Shown: positions 25,355 to 36,180 of the stretch, piece by piece | How the letters are laid out: the number at the start of each line of letters is the position of its first letter | Numbering within the stretch: position 1 is the stretch's first letter | Origin: a virus | Taxonomy: Duplodnaviria; Caudoviricetes | IMG/VR virus record: IMGVR_UViG_3300035161_000034 | Coordinates: 1 to 53,650 of that record | Direction: 5' to 3' (one strand) | Length of the DNA: 53,650 nt | The notes under the pieces: model-generated | The model's database searches: none | The model's input: the letters and a program-made list of their open reading frames with translations, nothing else | What the model was told of the DNA's origin: nothing | Position numbers and translations under genes: made by a program

Positions 25355-26620
25355 CTAGATTGTCATAGAGATTGATTGATCACTGTCAGCCATACCAACT
25401 TCTGGACTGAGTAATGATGTCTCGACACTTTGTTGCTTCATGGAGACAACTACTTCAGGAGCTAACAATACCATACTAATTGTGGTTGTGCTTTCAAGAA
25501 TAATGTCCTCTGGCGATAAGCCGAGAACAGTGGCAGAACCTGCCGCTATACCGACGGATTGCGCGGTACTTTGTGCAACAGATGAAACACTTGCAGACCC
25601 CGCAGCACTGCCGACACCCCGTGCGACAGGTGCGGCAGTTGAACTACTTGTCGATGATCCTGACGCGGCACCGTCACCCAACCCTTGCGGCGCACCAACG
25701 GCACTCGCCGTAGCAGATCCGGCACTGCTGCCGACCCCGGTTTTGGCAGCACCGGTTAGCCCTTGAACCAGACTGGTGCCGGACGCATTACCGACGCCTT
25801 CGGTATTTGCCGCGCCGACCGCCGTATCGGTTGAACTGCCTGACGCCGCGCCGATTGCTTCGGCAAAGGCTTCAGCAATAGCAGCAACGGTGCATGATCC
25901 TGAACTACTCCCTGCGGCCTCGGCAGTTGATGTTGCTGTCGCGGTAACGGTCGATGTGCCAGCAGCAACCCCATCACCGGAAGTCCCGGCAGAACCGGTC
26001 GCCGTGGCGGTACTGACACCGCTTGAGCTACCGACGCCACTGGTGGAGGCGGCACCGCTACCAGTCGCAGTCGCAACACCACTGGTGGACCCGACAGCTT
26101 CAGCAGTCGAAGATCCGACGGCGGTATCGGTACTGGCACCACTCCCGGCCCCGGCAGCTTCTGCCGTTGACGATCCGACGGCGGTATTGGTCGATGTGCC
26201 TGCCGCTGCGCCATCCGCCTGATTCTCGGCCAGTCCGGTAGCTAGTGCTGTGCTGGTGCCTGCCGCACTACCTGCGCCTTCAACCTGTGCGGTGCCGACG
26301 GCGGTGGCCGTACTGGTGCCTTCGGCCAGCCCTTCACTATCGGTCGTGCCGACCCCGCTGGCTGCGGCAATACCAGCAGCAGAACCAACCGCCTTATGCT
26401 CGGCAACCCCAACCCCGGATGCGGCTCCGACCCCTGCCGCCGTGCCCGGATAAGCGATGGTGACATTGCTCGTCGCGGTTGCGCTGGCGACCCCGGCACT
26501 GCTGCCGACCGCCTGATGTTCGGCAATACTGGTGGCTGACGCAGACGCTGTGCCTGCTGCCGCGCCGACCGAGCCGGTATCCGGGGCAATGTTGCCGAGA
26601 AAAAGGCGAAAAGATGCCAT
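25355..26620 (-). CDS. Ala/Gly/Ser/Thr-rich repetitive fibre-like protein
   Basis: About 19-aa repeats G.AAG.S...A.G across most of its length. Confidence 0.75.
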   Translation of the reverse strand: MASFRLFLGNIAPDTGSVGAAAGTASASATSIAEHQAVGSSAGVASATATSNVTIAYPGTAAGVGAASGVGVAEHKAVGSAAGIAAASGVGTTDSEGLAEGTSTATAVGTAQVEGAGSAAGTSTALATGLAENQADGAAAGTSTNTAVGSSTAEAAGAGSGASTDTAVGSSTAEAVGSTSGVATATGSGAASTSGVGSSSGVSTATATGSAGTSGDGVAAGTSTVTATATSTAEAAGSSSGSCTVAAIAEAFAEAIGAASGSSTDTAVGAANTEGVGNASGTSLVQGLTGAAKTGVGSSAGSATASAVGAPQGLGDGAASGSSTSSSTAAPVARGVGSAAGSASVSSVAQSTAQSVGIAAGSATVLGLSPEDIILESTTTISMVLLAPEVVVSMKQQSVETSLLSPEVGMADSDQSISMTI

Positions 26621-26621
26621 A

Positions 26622-26936
26622 TTATGTTGTCGTCGGGATGCTCAGTGAAAAGTCCGCCCACTCTTTCGGATCGGTCTGGTCAATACCGGTGACGAGGATA
26701 TTATCTGCGTTCATTTCCGTCGCGCTCAGGGTGACTTTCACTGCAACCCCACTGGCCGGGGTGACGGTCGGCAGCGTGGTCAGATTGGCAAATGCCCCAC
26801 CATCCTTGGAGATTTTAAAATCGCCTGCGGCGATGGTGGGATTGGCTTTGAACGATAGATTATCGTCCGCGTCGGTCAAGGTAATGTAGACAACAAAGTC
26901 CTCATTCTTGACTGGTGGATTGTACGGAGCTGCCAT
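26622..26936 (-). CDS. small virion protein, probably Ig-like
   Basis: ISKDGGAF; L.L.A.EM pattern. Confidence 0.65.
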   Translation of the reverse strand: MAAPYNPPVKNEDFVVYITLTDADDNLSFKANPTIAAGDFKISKDGGAFANLTTLPTVTPASGVAVKVTLSATEMNADNILVTGIDQTDPKEWADFSLSIPTTT

Positions 26937-26955
26937 TTACTTTCCTTTCAATAAG

Positions 26956-28107
26956 TTATAACCCAATTGCAGCAGTTGCAATGCCTTTACGAGTGCGCAG
27001 ACCGCAGACGTTGAAGATCATGCAATAACGGACATTCTTGTCAGATCCACCATATCCGGCAACTGAGAACGCCCCGGAATTATCCAACCGTTTAATGGCA
27101 TGATATGTTTCGTCCGACATTCCTTGTACTTTTAAATATGATGAGAGCGAACCGGTTTCGATACTTCGACCATACAAGGTGCTTGACGTTGTTGTCGTCG
27201 GTCGCATGGTAATGCCGTACGACTGACCGGCCCGTAACGTATGCTCTGACGCAAACAACAGATTCCACTCCGAACCGTTGATCATCGTACCGGATTCATC
27301 AACCGAAAGGGCTTCCAGTAAGGTCGGTGTGCCAAGCGGATCTGAATACAGGCAAATTTCCAGATCGGCCTGAACCAGCGCGGAAAACGTCACCCCACTG
27401 ACAATAATGTCAAACTCCGGGGTGATCAGATTGCCGTACTCGTCCGCACCGCTGGTATTCACAGCGAATGAACTTGTAATGCCAAACGACATTATCGCAC
27501 CACCGGAGATCCAACCGAGCGTACCGTCATCAAACTGAATCGCACAGCACGGCACACCGTTGGCAACCGCAGGTGATCCGTCATCAAGCCACACACCCGG
27601 CAGTCCCGGTGTGGTGTCATCATGAAATACATCACCCATAGACAGTATCGAAACATAATCCGAACCGCCATGCGATGTAAACTCAAACGCCACCGCAACA
27701 AAATCACCGTGACTAAGTGTTTTAGTCCCGGACTCCATAGCCGTTTCGTAATCATCATTGCTGACCAGTGAATCCGTGCCCCCAACCAGATCGGCATACA
27801 CATCAAAGGTGTGATCACCGTGCGCCGGTTGACTGGTAACATCAAGATCCTGCAAACCGATTCTGAGATTGGTGCTGGCATTGGAAAACGCGATAACCGT
27901 ATTTGTGCGCCACAGAATTTTCCCGCCGCCAGCCGCCGACACCGTTTTCGATCCGGCATCGGGGCCACCTTCGATCATGATCTGACCGACAAAATGCACG
28001 ATCTCATTGGCGGCATTCAAGGTATGATTATAGGTGGTGACTGTCGAATCCGCCCAAAACTTCGGCGGATAGACCAGTGACTGACCGTTCAAGCGCGTGA
28101 AACTCAC
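26956..28107 (-). CDS. putative tail or receptor-binding protein
   Basis: Beta-rich 383-aa ORF in the tail module. Confidence 0.65.
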   Translation of the reverse strand: MSFTRLNGQSLVYPPKFWADSTVTTYNHTLNAANEIVHFVGQIMIEGGPDAGSKTVSAAGGGKILWRTNTVIAFSNASTNLRIGLQDLDVTSQPAHGDHTFDVYADLVGGTDSLVSNDDYETAMESGTKTLSHGDFVAVAFEFTSHGGSDYVSILSMGDVFHDDTTPGLPGVWLDDGSPAVANGVPCCAIQFDDGTLGWISGGAIMSFGITSSFAVNTSGADEYGNLITPEFDIIVSGVTFSALVQADLEICLYSDPLGTPTLLEALSVDESGTMINGSEWNLLFASEHTLRAGQSYGITMRPTTTTSSTLYGRSIETGSLSSYLKVQGMSDETYHAIKRLDNSGAFSVAGYGGSDKNVRYCMIFNVCGLRTRKGIATAAIGL

Positions 28108-28108
28108 G

Positions 28109-28537
28109 TTAGTCCTCCGTGATCGCGGTCGCGGTGGTCAACACCGGCGTGACGCCGGAGCCGGTCACGATGTTCGGTGTCACCGTACCAGAGTACAGGA
28201 GCTTACCAGTACCTGACACAGCCGTACCCACACCGAAGTGAGTCACCGTACCAGAGCCGCCGGTGCCTGCCGGGAAGTTGATATTCGATACCGGGCTGAC
28301 GCTGTTGCCGGATACCGTCCAACCACCGGAAGTCCTTGCCACCGCCACCCGCGCATAACTGGTGTAGGTCGCCTCGTTGGTTGTCTGATCACCTGCCTCA
28401 CCGGGATCGGAAGTATGCAGGCTGACATACAGATTGGTGAGCGGGCTGGTTGCCGCGTTGTCTGCGATGTTGGCAATTGCGGTTGCATTAAAAGTTAGCA
28501 ACAATAAATCATTTTCCCACTGATTGGCCTTACTCAT
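28109..28537 (-). CDS. phage tail-associated structural protein
   Basis: LYVSLHT.DPG....NE.TY..YARVAV; I.FP; THFG. Confidence 0.8.
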   Translation of the reverse strand: MSKANQWENDLLLLTFNATAIANIADNAATSPLTNLYVSLHTSDPGEAGDQTTNEATYTSYARVAVARTSGGWTVSGNSVSPVSNINFPAGTGGSGTVTHFGVGTAVSGTGKLLYSGTVTPNIVTGSGVTPVLTTATAITED

Positions 28538-28556
28538 TTCTTAATATCTCCAATTT

Positions 28557-28573
28557 AAAGTAGTTATCTACCT
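28557..28573 (-). promoter_or_regulatory. 17-bp late-region motif, copy 1
   Basis: AGGTAGATAACTACTTT on the minus strand, identical to 49348-49364. Confidence 0.65.
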
Positions 28574-31500
28574 TCCGCCAGCCGCTCTCGTAAAGCTGCC
28601 GTAGGTAGTCCGCTAAACGCCGTCTGCAACCGGTAAGCATCCCGGACACTGGTTGCACCCGGTGTCTGAAGTACTTGAGCCAAGTCCAGCTTGCGCTGTT
28701 GGTTGGTGACGATCCTTGCCAGATCGAAATCACCGTGATCCGGGTTACGGGTCTGGAATGCAATCAACTCCGCTGCCTTGGCGTTAATCGCGTCCCGATC
28801 CCCGGATTCAATAGCTTTCACCATGTCCCGCCCCAGTTCAGTCTTACGCGCCGCCAGCAGTCGTTGCTGCGTGGTGAACGAACGCGCGTTGCGCTGAAAC
28901 TCAGTCTTGATTGCCGGGGTGAAATTAAGGAATTGCGTCATGATCTCCCAGTCCGTGGCGGCGATAGGTAGTTTGTTACCTTTCATGTCCGTATAGCCAT
29001 TCATGAGTAGATCCGGTCCTTTGACAAATCCCTGCAACGCGGCAGGTAGCATCATTGCCATACCCTTGAAAATGTCACCGTCCGCCATCTTCATCGCACC
29101 TACCCCGATATTCGTCATCGCGCCGATGGACGGTCCTAAAGTACTTAGCGCCAATGAGTCTAGTTTATCGGAAAATTCGCGCCGGTCGCGCAGAAATTCA
29201 GACGCAGGTAGTAGATCACCTAACGATAATCGCGTGGATAACGTGGTGCCGGTCAGTGGGTCAATCGCACCGTGGGCAATCATGTTCGCGGCATCCGGCC
29301 CCAACATATCCGACAGGAAGTGGGTAAAGTCAGCGCGAAGTTCGCGTGGATCGTCATCATCGCCCAGTCCGTTATACACCGCTGCAATCGCGGTCATAAA
29401 CGGCAGGCCCATCGCCCCGGCCAGTGTCATCGTCGCGACCATCATACCGGCCAGCGAGCGCCGCGCGGCAATCTTGTCTTCAAGCGATGCATTGCCAAAC
29501 GCCTGTGTCGAAAGATCCACAAGTAGTTGGATCATCTGCATGTTGAATTGCATGAACCCGGTGAACAGCGGCGTCAGCTTACCGAAGATGCCGTTCTTGG
29601 AGAACGCATAGCCCCGGTTGGCCGGGTCGTAGTTGAACTGAGTCCGGTCGATGGTGAACTCGGCAAACCGTGCCGCGTCAAGGACGCGCTGATCGTCGCT
29701 GGCTTCCGGGTTAAGTTTTTTCAGCCGTTCGTATTCCAGATTGAATGCGGCAAGGCCGGTCACCAGCCGGTTCGCGGCTTCGGAGTAATGCGACATCGCA
29801 CCGAACAGTTTGACCGCGACTCCGCTTGACCGCGCGTCCGCGCCCTGTTCCACCCGCGCCAGTCCGTGCGCTTGGGTGAATTCCACCACCCCGGAGTCCA
29901 CCAGAATATGCAGTGCGCGGGTCTGCTGTTTGGACAGCCCGGCCCGGTCAACAATAATGTGGGCGTCAAGTACTCCCTTCCAGCCTTTGCCATCTACCCA
30001 TCCTTGCGACACGGTATCCTTGAGTACTTTGGATATGCTCTGGTACGTGTTGAACATCGTGCTGGCCGTCTTGGTGAAGCCGAACTTGCCGCCAAGCACC
30101 GGCAATGTGGTCTGGAACGGTTGCGCCATATTCGCCACGATGTACGGAATATTGCTTGCCAGAAACATCGAATAGCCTATCGAGGACAGATGGTCCAGTG
30201 TCGGGGTGGACAGCGGCTTCAATGCATTGTTATGGCGTTTCTTGATATGGTTGAACATATCCTGCGCCATTTCCCGGACGCGCGGATCAGCGGTCGGATC
30301 TTGCCGCATCGCCGTGATCTCGGCACGAAACGATTTCAGGGCTTCCATCACCTCCGGCTGTGCGGTATTCTGCGCGACGAAAAACATGTTCGCGCGGGAC
30401 CGCTTCACAAAATTGCGGCGCATATCCAGCGAGTAGCCCGGTGTGCCCTTGCGTCGGGCCAGTGCCTTGCCGCCTGACATTTCCGGCAGCATTTCCACCA
30501 TTGTGCGGCGGATCAACTCCTTGGTCTGTTCGCGGAATTCTTCATCCAGATTGGTGTTGGTGTCGATTTTCACCAGCACGTTTTGCATGAAGCCGACATT
30601 GCTGAAGTCCAGCTTGGAAATGTTTTCCTCGATCTTGCCGCTGGAAACCTTGTCAATATGCCCTGCCGCCTGTAATTGCTTCAGGGCGCGATCCTGCGTC
30701 ACCCAAGACGAGTATGTCTCGAAGCGGTTGAACACATGGTCGGCATCCTCTGACACAAACGCTTCACTGCGCAAGCCGGTTTCTTTAAGCATGGCCTGCA
30801 CCGCCTGCTGCGCTTCCGGGTTTTTCGCGATGTCATACTGCACGAAATAATCCCCATGCCGCCCCAAGTGGAAATACGGCCCTTGCAGGCGGCTGGCACG
30901 GAAGTCGCGCATGTTCTGGATCGTCAGCCGCGCCGGTTCGCCACCGGTATTGATAACCTCGCGTTCCAACTGCGTTACCGCGTTCTTGAAGCGCATGCGG
31001 ACCTTCGCATCGTCACTCACCGCGTCTTGCGGATTGACTTCGCGCCAGCGGTCTTTCGGCACTTCAAAGGTAAACGCGACACTGCGCAACAGCGAGCCGT
31101 ACGTCATTTCCAGATCGCGCTCATTATGCGCGATGGCCTTGTCGTACACCGCCGCAATGCCGGGCTGGTTGTACATCGTCTGCAATTTGTTGTACAACTG
31201 CCGGTTCTTGGATTCGTTCTCGTCGTGCAGCCACGGCTGATTGCGAAACGGCTTGTTCGGATAGATGCCAAGCCGGGTGGATTCGCCAGCCAGTTCATTA
31301 AAGACAGCCTGCGATTTTTCCGGCAACCGCGCCATTTCCTGCTCCCGCGCCGACAGATCCTTGCCATGCTTGGCGACCGTCGCCGACGCCACCCGTTCTG
31401 CGCGGTTCTGTTGGGTGATCGCGTCCTGCACTTCCTGATTGAATATCCGGGCATGGTAGGACGCCAAGAAGTTACCGGTGGAAAGTTCCAGTCCGCGCCG

Positions 31501-34500
31501 GTTCAGCCAACCCGTCACCGCCGGTTTGTAATTGTCCACCGCCTTCGCCAGCGACGACAGTATACCGTCCACCTTGTCCATTGCCTGCGCTGGAGAGGTG
31601 TTAGGTTTGCTGGAGAGCCGGATGTCCGGTGCCAGCGGTGCCGTTGGCCGTTGCGCATTCAAGACCTGACTGTCTGCGGCCAGTCCCGCCTCGGTCGCCC
31701 CGGCGACAATTTCCTCAACGGCGGTATCGGTCAGATTGAAGTTAATGCCGAACACGTCATACAGCCATTGCGATACCGCGTTATAAATCCGTGAAAACAG
31801 ATTCACCGACCGCGCCTCACCCACTTTCGCCATGTCCGCCAGCACTTCCTCGATGGCTGTCAGTTTCAGCGTCATCGGACTGTTCTGCAAGGCGGTGCGC
31901 GCTTCACCCGTGCGGCTGTTCAACAGATCGGCCTGATATTGTTTCACACGGTCACGTACCAACTGGTTGCGGTCATAAATATCCAGCAGGGCGCGGTTCA
32001 TGCGGCTACCGAATACGGTGCGCAAACCCTTATGCGCGGCTTCGTGCAGTGCGACAAATACCGCCTCACGCGGCGAATGAATATTCTCAGCCAGCAGCCA
32101 GATTTGATCCTGTTGACCTGTGGCATCGCGACTTAAGAACATGCCGCGCGTCAGGTGCCCTTTGTCGATATTTGCAACCAATTCCTGTCCGGCCTTGGGC
32201 AACTGGTCAACCGATTCGGCAATGCGAATCACCGGCCCACCTTTACGCTGCAACGGGGTGATGGCCTCAAGTATCTGCGACCGCGACAACGGTTGTTTTG
32301 GATCGGCGGGATCAGCAATCCCGACCCCGGATCGCAGATCGGGAATCGTATTTAACCGGGTTGATTCCATCGCCGCGCGGTGTGCGGCCACCACATCGCC
32401 ACCCTGTTCAAAATCCGCACTCGGGCGGGTGTATTCATTCAGCAATGACTCACGCAATTCAATCGTGTCAACGGCGTTCTGCACCATCTCCGCCGGGGGT
32501 GTATTGTCGATCAGCCCGGCATTGATCGCATGGCTCACTACATCCGGGTGGCTCTGAATGATCTCAACCAGTGCTTGTTCCTGCTGCGGAGTCAGTTCTT
32601 TCACCAGCCGCTTTAACAGGTTGTCGGATACCCCCGGCACCAGCGATTGTTCTTCATGATGAAAACGAAAGTTATCCTGTGGCCGGGTGCGCAGCACCAG
32701 CCGGGTCGATTCCGTAACCGGGATCTTAGCCAGAATTTTCTCGCGTAATACATCGGTCATCAGCCCGGCCTGCTTGATCTTCAGCTTGGCACTGATCGCG
32801 TTCAGATCCGGTCGTCCGGCCACTGCGACAATCTGCTGTGCGGTTTCCGTATGCAGGCCATCAGTCACGGCGCGTTTAACGATTTCAGCCTGTGCGCGGC
32901 GCACCAGTTTTTCCCGGTTGTTAATCGCTTTAACTTCCATCGCAGCGATAATGCGTTCAACATCCGCATCGGATTGCGTGGCAAGATCCTCAACCACCAG
33001 TGCATCAGCCCCGGATTTAATATCCGCGACGAATTCCGCCACTTCTTCATTGGTCAATTCAGATGTCAACTGCGGTGCGGTTGCAACCGTTTTCAAACGC
33101 GGTTGTGGCTGACGGCTCTGCGCCAATAACTGCAAGGTCTTGGCATTGGTCAGTACGGATGAATAACCGGTGCCTTCGGTCTGCATCTCGGCAATCAGGG
33201 GCAGCGTGGCATAATTCTGCGGTTTGCGTACCCCGGCACCGGTAGCTACACGGTCAAGATCCTTACGAGGGAGTTTCAACAACTGGTCGGTATCCTGCAC
33301 ATTGACCATGCCCAGTCCCGGCGCATCGACAAAACGCGATTTCACCAGATTGACCAGTGTTGGCGGGGTGATCTGCCGTTTTGCCTGCTCAATGACGAGC
33401 AGGGACGTTCCCGGTTGAACCCCGGTGTTTTCCGCCGTTTCCGTGTTTTCTTCCGAAGCCTGATTTGGATTCGGCAATAAACGGCTATCGGTATACAGAT
33501 CGGCAGGGGTTAATCCTTCCAGAAAATTACGCGGTGCCGACGTTGACTCCTGCCCGGCTTGCTGCTGTGACTTCGGCTCACGCCTGAGCGTATCCCCCCG
33601 GATCGCCTCGGTTTTCAGCCGCGCTCCGACCGTCACTTCAATAATCTTATCGGCAATTTGCTGCTTGGTATCCCGACTGGTTACATGGATGTCCAACGCC
33701 TTCGCCAGCTTGACATGATCCTGCTTGGTCTTGACTTCACCGGCCAGCAAGGTTCGAGCGGCATCTCGGTCAGCGGCATTCGTCAGGCGTTCGGGCAATG
33801 CCCCAGTGCCCAAGTTTGCCTCGGTTTGCTTGTCGTTGATTTCATTGACATTCTCAACGCCCAAGTTTGCCTCAGTTTGCCCGGTGACAGGCGGTGCCTT
33901 ATCATCCGTATCCGATTCGCCAAGGGCGGCGGCAATCGCCTCGCCTTGCGTCGGGGTCGAATCTTCATTGGTGCTAAAGTCAATCGGGCCGGTATCACCT
34001 TCCACGGGTGGTTCGGTCGATGCGACCAGTTTTTCAATCAGCGTGTCACGGGTATCCTTGGCTTTGACATCAATGCCGTTATCACGGCCATACTTAAACA
34101 GCGCCGCCTTCTTCAGCGAGCGATCTGCCTTCATGTCGGTCACGCTTGCCGGAACCGTCTTTCCGTTAATCTCAAAGTTCGGGATGACTTCATCCTCGAT
34201 CAACCCCGAATTTTCGGGTGCTTGAGGCGCTCGTTCTTCAACCTGTGTTTGTGGTATGCCCTGCGCGGCTAACGGCTCTGCTTCGACCGTTGCGTCAACT
34301 TCAACCGTCGGCAGCGGTGTTTCACGACTGGCCGGTATTCGTGGTGCTTTTGGCACCCCTTCCAGTTTCGGCAACGGGGCTTTTTCCTCACGGTTCAGCG
34401 CAATCTCACTGTCCGGCAGCAGTGGTGCCACCTCAGTCAGGTCCAGATCCGGCAGGAAGTCACCCCGCGCGGCCAACGCCTCCCGCGTCAACTCACCCGT

Positions 34501-36177
34501 CGGCTCCTGAATACTTGCACTTGCGGCCAGTGCCTCGGCAATCTGCCGGTCCTCCCGGCTTATGGGTTGTGCTTCGCCGGTCAACTGCGCCAGTACCCGC
34601 CGTGCAACGTCCGCGTTATCCGGGTTATTGCGGTTCTTGGCAAATTGCTCGATGGTCGCATTTAAGCCGCTGATCCGTTCTTCGTCGGTCGCCGCATTGA
34701 GATTCTTTTTGATCCGGGCCAGTGCCTGCTTGGACGGCTGCAACACATCATCTTCGACCGTTACTGCATTCTGAATCAAGGCATCCACGCGGTTCTTGTT
34801 GGCATCCTGCACGGCTGTCCGTACCTGCTCAAGTCGGGCTTCTTCCGCCGCGCGTAATACTGAGGTATCCCCGGCCTTGCGGCGCAAGCCAAAGATCAGA
34901 TCCGCATCCGATACACCCTCGACATCCAAGCCGACCTGACGTGCCGCTGCCTGCAACGTGGCGCGATTGGCCGACCCGATCACCGACGGCGGCAAGGTTT
35001 CAATCAGGTTACCGTCATCGTCAGTACGGCCATAGGTATTAACCCCTTCAACAATCCGCGCGACTTTCTTGTCATCCACATCGGTAGGCGCTTTAGCCGG
35101 TTGCGGCACTGCCGGTTCCGATGTTTCCGCCGCTTTTTCCCGTTCAGCCGCCGCCAGTTCATTGCGCCGCTGCTCAGCTTTCTCCATCCGCGCTTCGCGG
35201 GTGGCATTCACCTGCCCGGTCACACCGCCAATCGTGCCACCCACAGCAGCACCGATCACCGCACCTTCTACGGCGGATTCAAGCGCATTGACCAGCAGGT
35301 TGTCCAGTTTTGCCGCCGACGGATCGACAAAGGTGCCAGTGGTCAGATCCTGTGCGATGGACTCCAGCGCCGATTGTGAAAATTCCTGCACCGCTTCGCG
35401 CCCGGCCCCTTTCGTACCGGCCTTCAACAGCCCGGTTGACGCGGTGACCGATTCGTCAAACACACCCCCCGCCGATCCTTTCAACAGCCGACCGGCAAGG
35501 GCTGAGCCGCCCAACGTCGCCAAGGCGTTACCAGTCGCACCGGTCAGCATGGCTTGACCTTTCAGTTCACTACGGGCCTGTGCATCGCGTTCATTGTCCG
35601 GCAAACCGTCATACTTCGCGTACGCATCGCGGAATGCCTGCGAGGTCTGCAACAGGTTCGCGGTCGAACGGTTCTCGATACTGGACGCCTGATTCGATGC
35701 ACCGCCTGCCGCAGACAGCCCGGCTTCGGTTGCAACCGAGCCTGCACCCAGTCCAATCGCCCCGCGCGTGGCTGCACGAATGCCTAAACCGCCGACACCG
35801 GCGGCTGCGGTACTGGGCAGCGCCCTTGCGCCTTGGATCGCGAGAAACCGCGACAATGGGACATCCCCGCCAAATCCGAACACGCCAACATCGCCGATGC
35901 CCGAATCAAACGCCTGTTGACCTGCCGGAGATAGCGAGGCTGTCCGTTCTTGAACTGCCTGCTGGTGCTTCTGGCGGAATTCCTGTCCAATCCGTTCCAG
36001 CGGTCTGCTGCCGCTGGCGGCACCAATCGCCTCGGGGATTGCACCCAGTGAGCCGACCAGTTCCTGTGCGCCGGACAGGGCTGACTTGCCGACATCCGAT
36101 AACGTGATGCCGTTATCGCGGCGGCGTGGTTGAAATTCCGGTAACGGAGCAAAGAACTGACTGGTATCAATCGCCAT
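28564..36177 (-). CDS. giant internal virion (ejection/polyvalent) protein
   Basis: 2,537 aa; Gly/Ala-rich N-terminus; HEAAH...EE zincin-like motif; YFHLGRHG resembles the PLxRFG domain. Confidence 0.8.
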   Translation of the reverse strand: MAIDTSQFFAPLPEFQPRRRDNGITLSDVGKSALSGAQELVGSLGAIPEAIGAASGSRPLERIGQEFRQKHQQAVQERTASLSPAGQQAFDSGIGDVGVFGFGGDVPLSRFLAIQGARALPSTAAAGVGGLGIRAATRGAIGLGAGSVATEAGLSAAGGASNQASSIENRSTANLLQTSQAFRDAYAKYDGLPDNERDAQARSELKGQAMLTGATGNALATLGGSALAGRLLKGSAGGVFDESVTASTGLLKAGTKGAGREAVQEFSQSALESIAQDLTTGTFVDPSAAKLDNLLVNALESAVEGAVIGAAVGGTIGGVTGQVNATREARMEKAEQRRNELAAAEREKAAETSEPAVPQPAKAPTDVDDKKVARIVEGVNTYGRTDDDGNLIETLPPSVIGSANRATLQAAARQVGLDVEGVSDADLIFGLRRKAGDTSVLRAAEEARLEQVRTAVQDANKNRVDALIQNAVTVEDDVLQPSKQALARIKKNLNAATDEERISGLNATIEQFAKNRNNPDNADVARRVLAQLTGEAQPISREDRQIAEALAASASIQEPTGELTREALAARGDFLPDLDLTEVAPLLPDSEIALNREEKAPLPKLEGVPKAPRIPASRETPLPTVEVDATVEAEPLAAQGIPQTQVEERAPQAPENSGLIEDEVIPNFEINGKTVPASVTDMKADRSLKKAALFKYGRDNGIDVKAKDTRDTLIEKLVASTEPPVEGDTGPIDFSTNEDSTPTQGEAIAAALGESDTDDKAPPVTGQTEANLGVENVNEINDKQTEANLGTGALPERLTNAADRDAARTLLAGEVKTKQDHVKLAKALDIHVTSRDTKQQIADKIIEVTVGARLKTEAIRGDTLRREPKSQQQAGQESTSAPRNFLEGLTPADLYTDSRLLPNPNQASEENTETAENTGVQPGTSLLVIEQAKRQITPPTLVNLVKSRFVDAPGLGMVNVQDTDQLLKLPRKDLDRVATGAGVRKPQNYATLPLIAEMQTEGTGYSSVLTNAKTLQLLAQSRQPQPRLKTVATAPQLTSELTNEEVAEFVADIKSGADALVVEDLATQSDADVERIIAAMEVKAINNREKLVRRAQAEIVKRAVTDGLHTETAQQIVAVAGRPDLNAISAKLKIKQAGLMTDVLREKILAKIPVTESTRLVLRTRPQDNFRFHHEEQSLVPGVSDNLLKRLVKELTPQQEQALVEIIQSHPDVVSHAINAGLIDNTPPAEMVQNAVDTIELRESLLNEYTRPSADFEQGGDVVAAHRAAMESTRLNTIPDLRSGVGIADPADPKQPLSRSQILEAITPLQRKGGPVIRIAESVDQLPKAGQELVANIDKGHLTRGMFLSRDATGQQDQIWLLAENIHSPREAVFVALHEAAHKGLRTVFGSRMNRALLDIYDRNQLVRDRVKQYQADLLNSRTGEARTALQNSPMTLKLTAIEEVLADMAKVGEARSVNLFSRIYNAVSQWLYDVFGINFNLTDTAVEEIVAGATEAGLAADSQVLNAQRPTAPLAPDIRLSSKPNTSPAQAMDKVDGILSSLAKAVDNYKPAVTGWLNRRGLELSTGNFLASYHARIFNQEVQDAITQQNRAERVASATVAKHGKDLSAREQEMARLPEKSQAVFNELAGESTRLGIYPNKPFRNQPWLHDENESKNRQLYNKLQTMYNQPGIAAVYDKAIAHNERDLEMTYGSLLRSVAFTFEVPKDRWREVNPQDAVSDDAKVRMRFKNAVTQLEREVINTGGEPARLTIQNMRDFRASRLQGPYFHLGRHGDYFVQYDIAKNPEAQQAVQAMLKETGLRSEAFVSEDADHVFNRFETYSSWVTQDRALKQLQAAGHIDKVSSGKIEENISKLDFSNVGFMQNVLVKIDTNTNLDEEFREQTKELIRRTMVEMLPEMSGGKALARRKGTPGYSLDMRRNFVKRSRANMFFVAQNTAQPEVMEALKSFRAEITAMRQDPTADPRVREMAQDMFNHIKKRHNNALKPLSTPTLDHLSSIGYSMFLASNIPYIVANMAQPFQTTLPVLGGKFGFTKTASTMFNTYQSISKVLKDTVSQGWVDGKGWKGVLDAHIIVDRAGLSKQQTRALHILVDSGVVEFTQAHGLARVEQGADARSSGVAVKLFGAMSHYSEAANRLVTGLAAFNLEYERLKKLNPEASDDQRVLDAARFAEFTIDRTQFNYDPANRGYAFSKNGIFGKLTPLFTGFMQFNMQMIQLLVDLSTQAFGNASLEDKIAARRSLAGMMVATMTLAGAMGLPFMTAIAAVYNGLGDDDDPRELRADFTHFLSDMLGPDAANMIAHGAIDPLTGTTLSTRLSLGDLLPASEFLRDRREFSDKLDSLALSTLGPSIGAMTNIGVGAMKMADGDIFKGMAMMLPAALQGFVKGPDLLMNGYTDMKGNKLPIAATDWEIMTQFLNFTPAIKTEFQRNARSFTTQQRLLAARKTELGRDMVKAIESGDRDAINAKAAELIAFQTRNPDHGDFDLARIVTNQQRKLDLAQVLQTPGATSVRDAYRLQTAFSGLPTAALRERLAEGR

Positions 36178-36180
36178 GTT

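Noticed and set aside
33808-33880. 22-bp direct repeat
   Set aside because: Local coding duplication (QTEANLG) in the giant protein
28564-36177. N4-like virion RNA polymerase
   Set aside because: No single-subunit RNA polymerase catalytic motifs recognised
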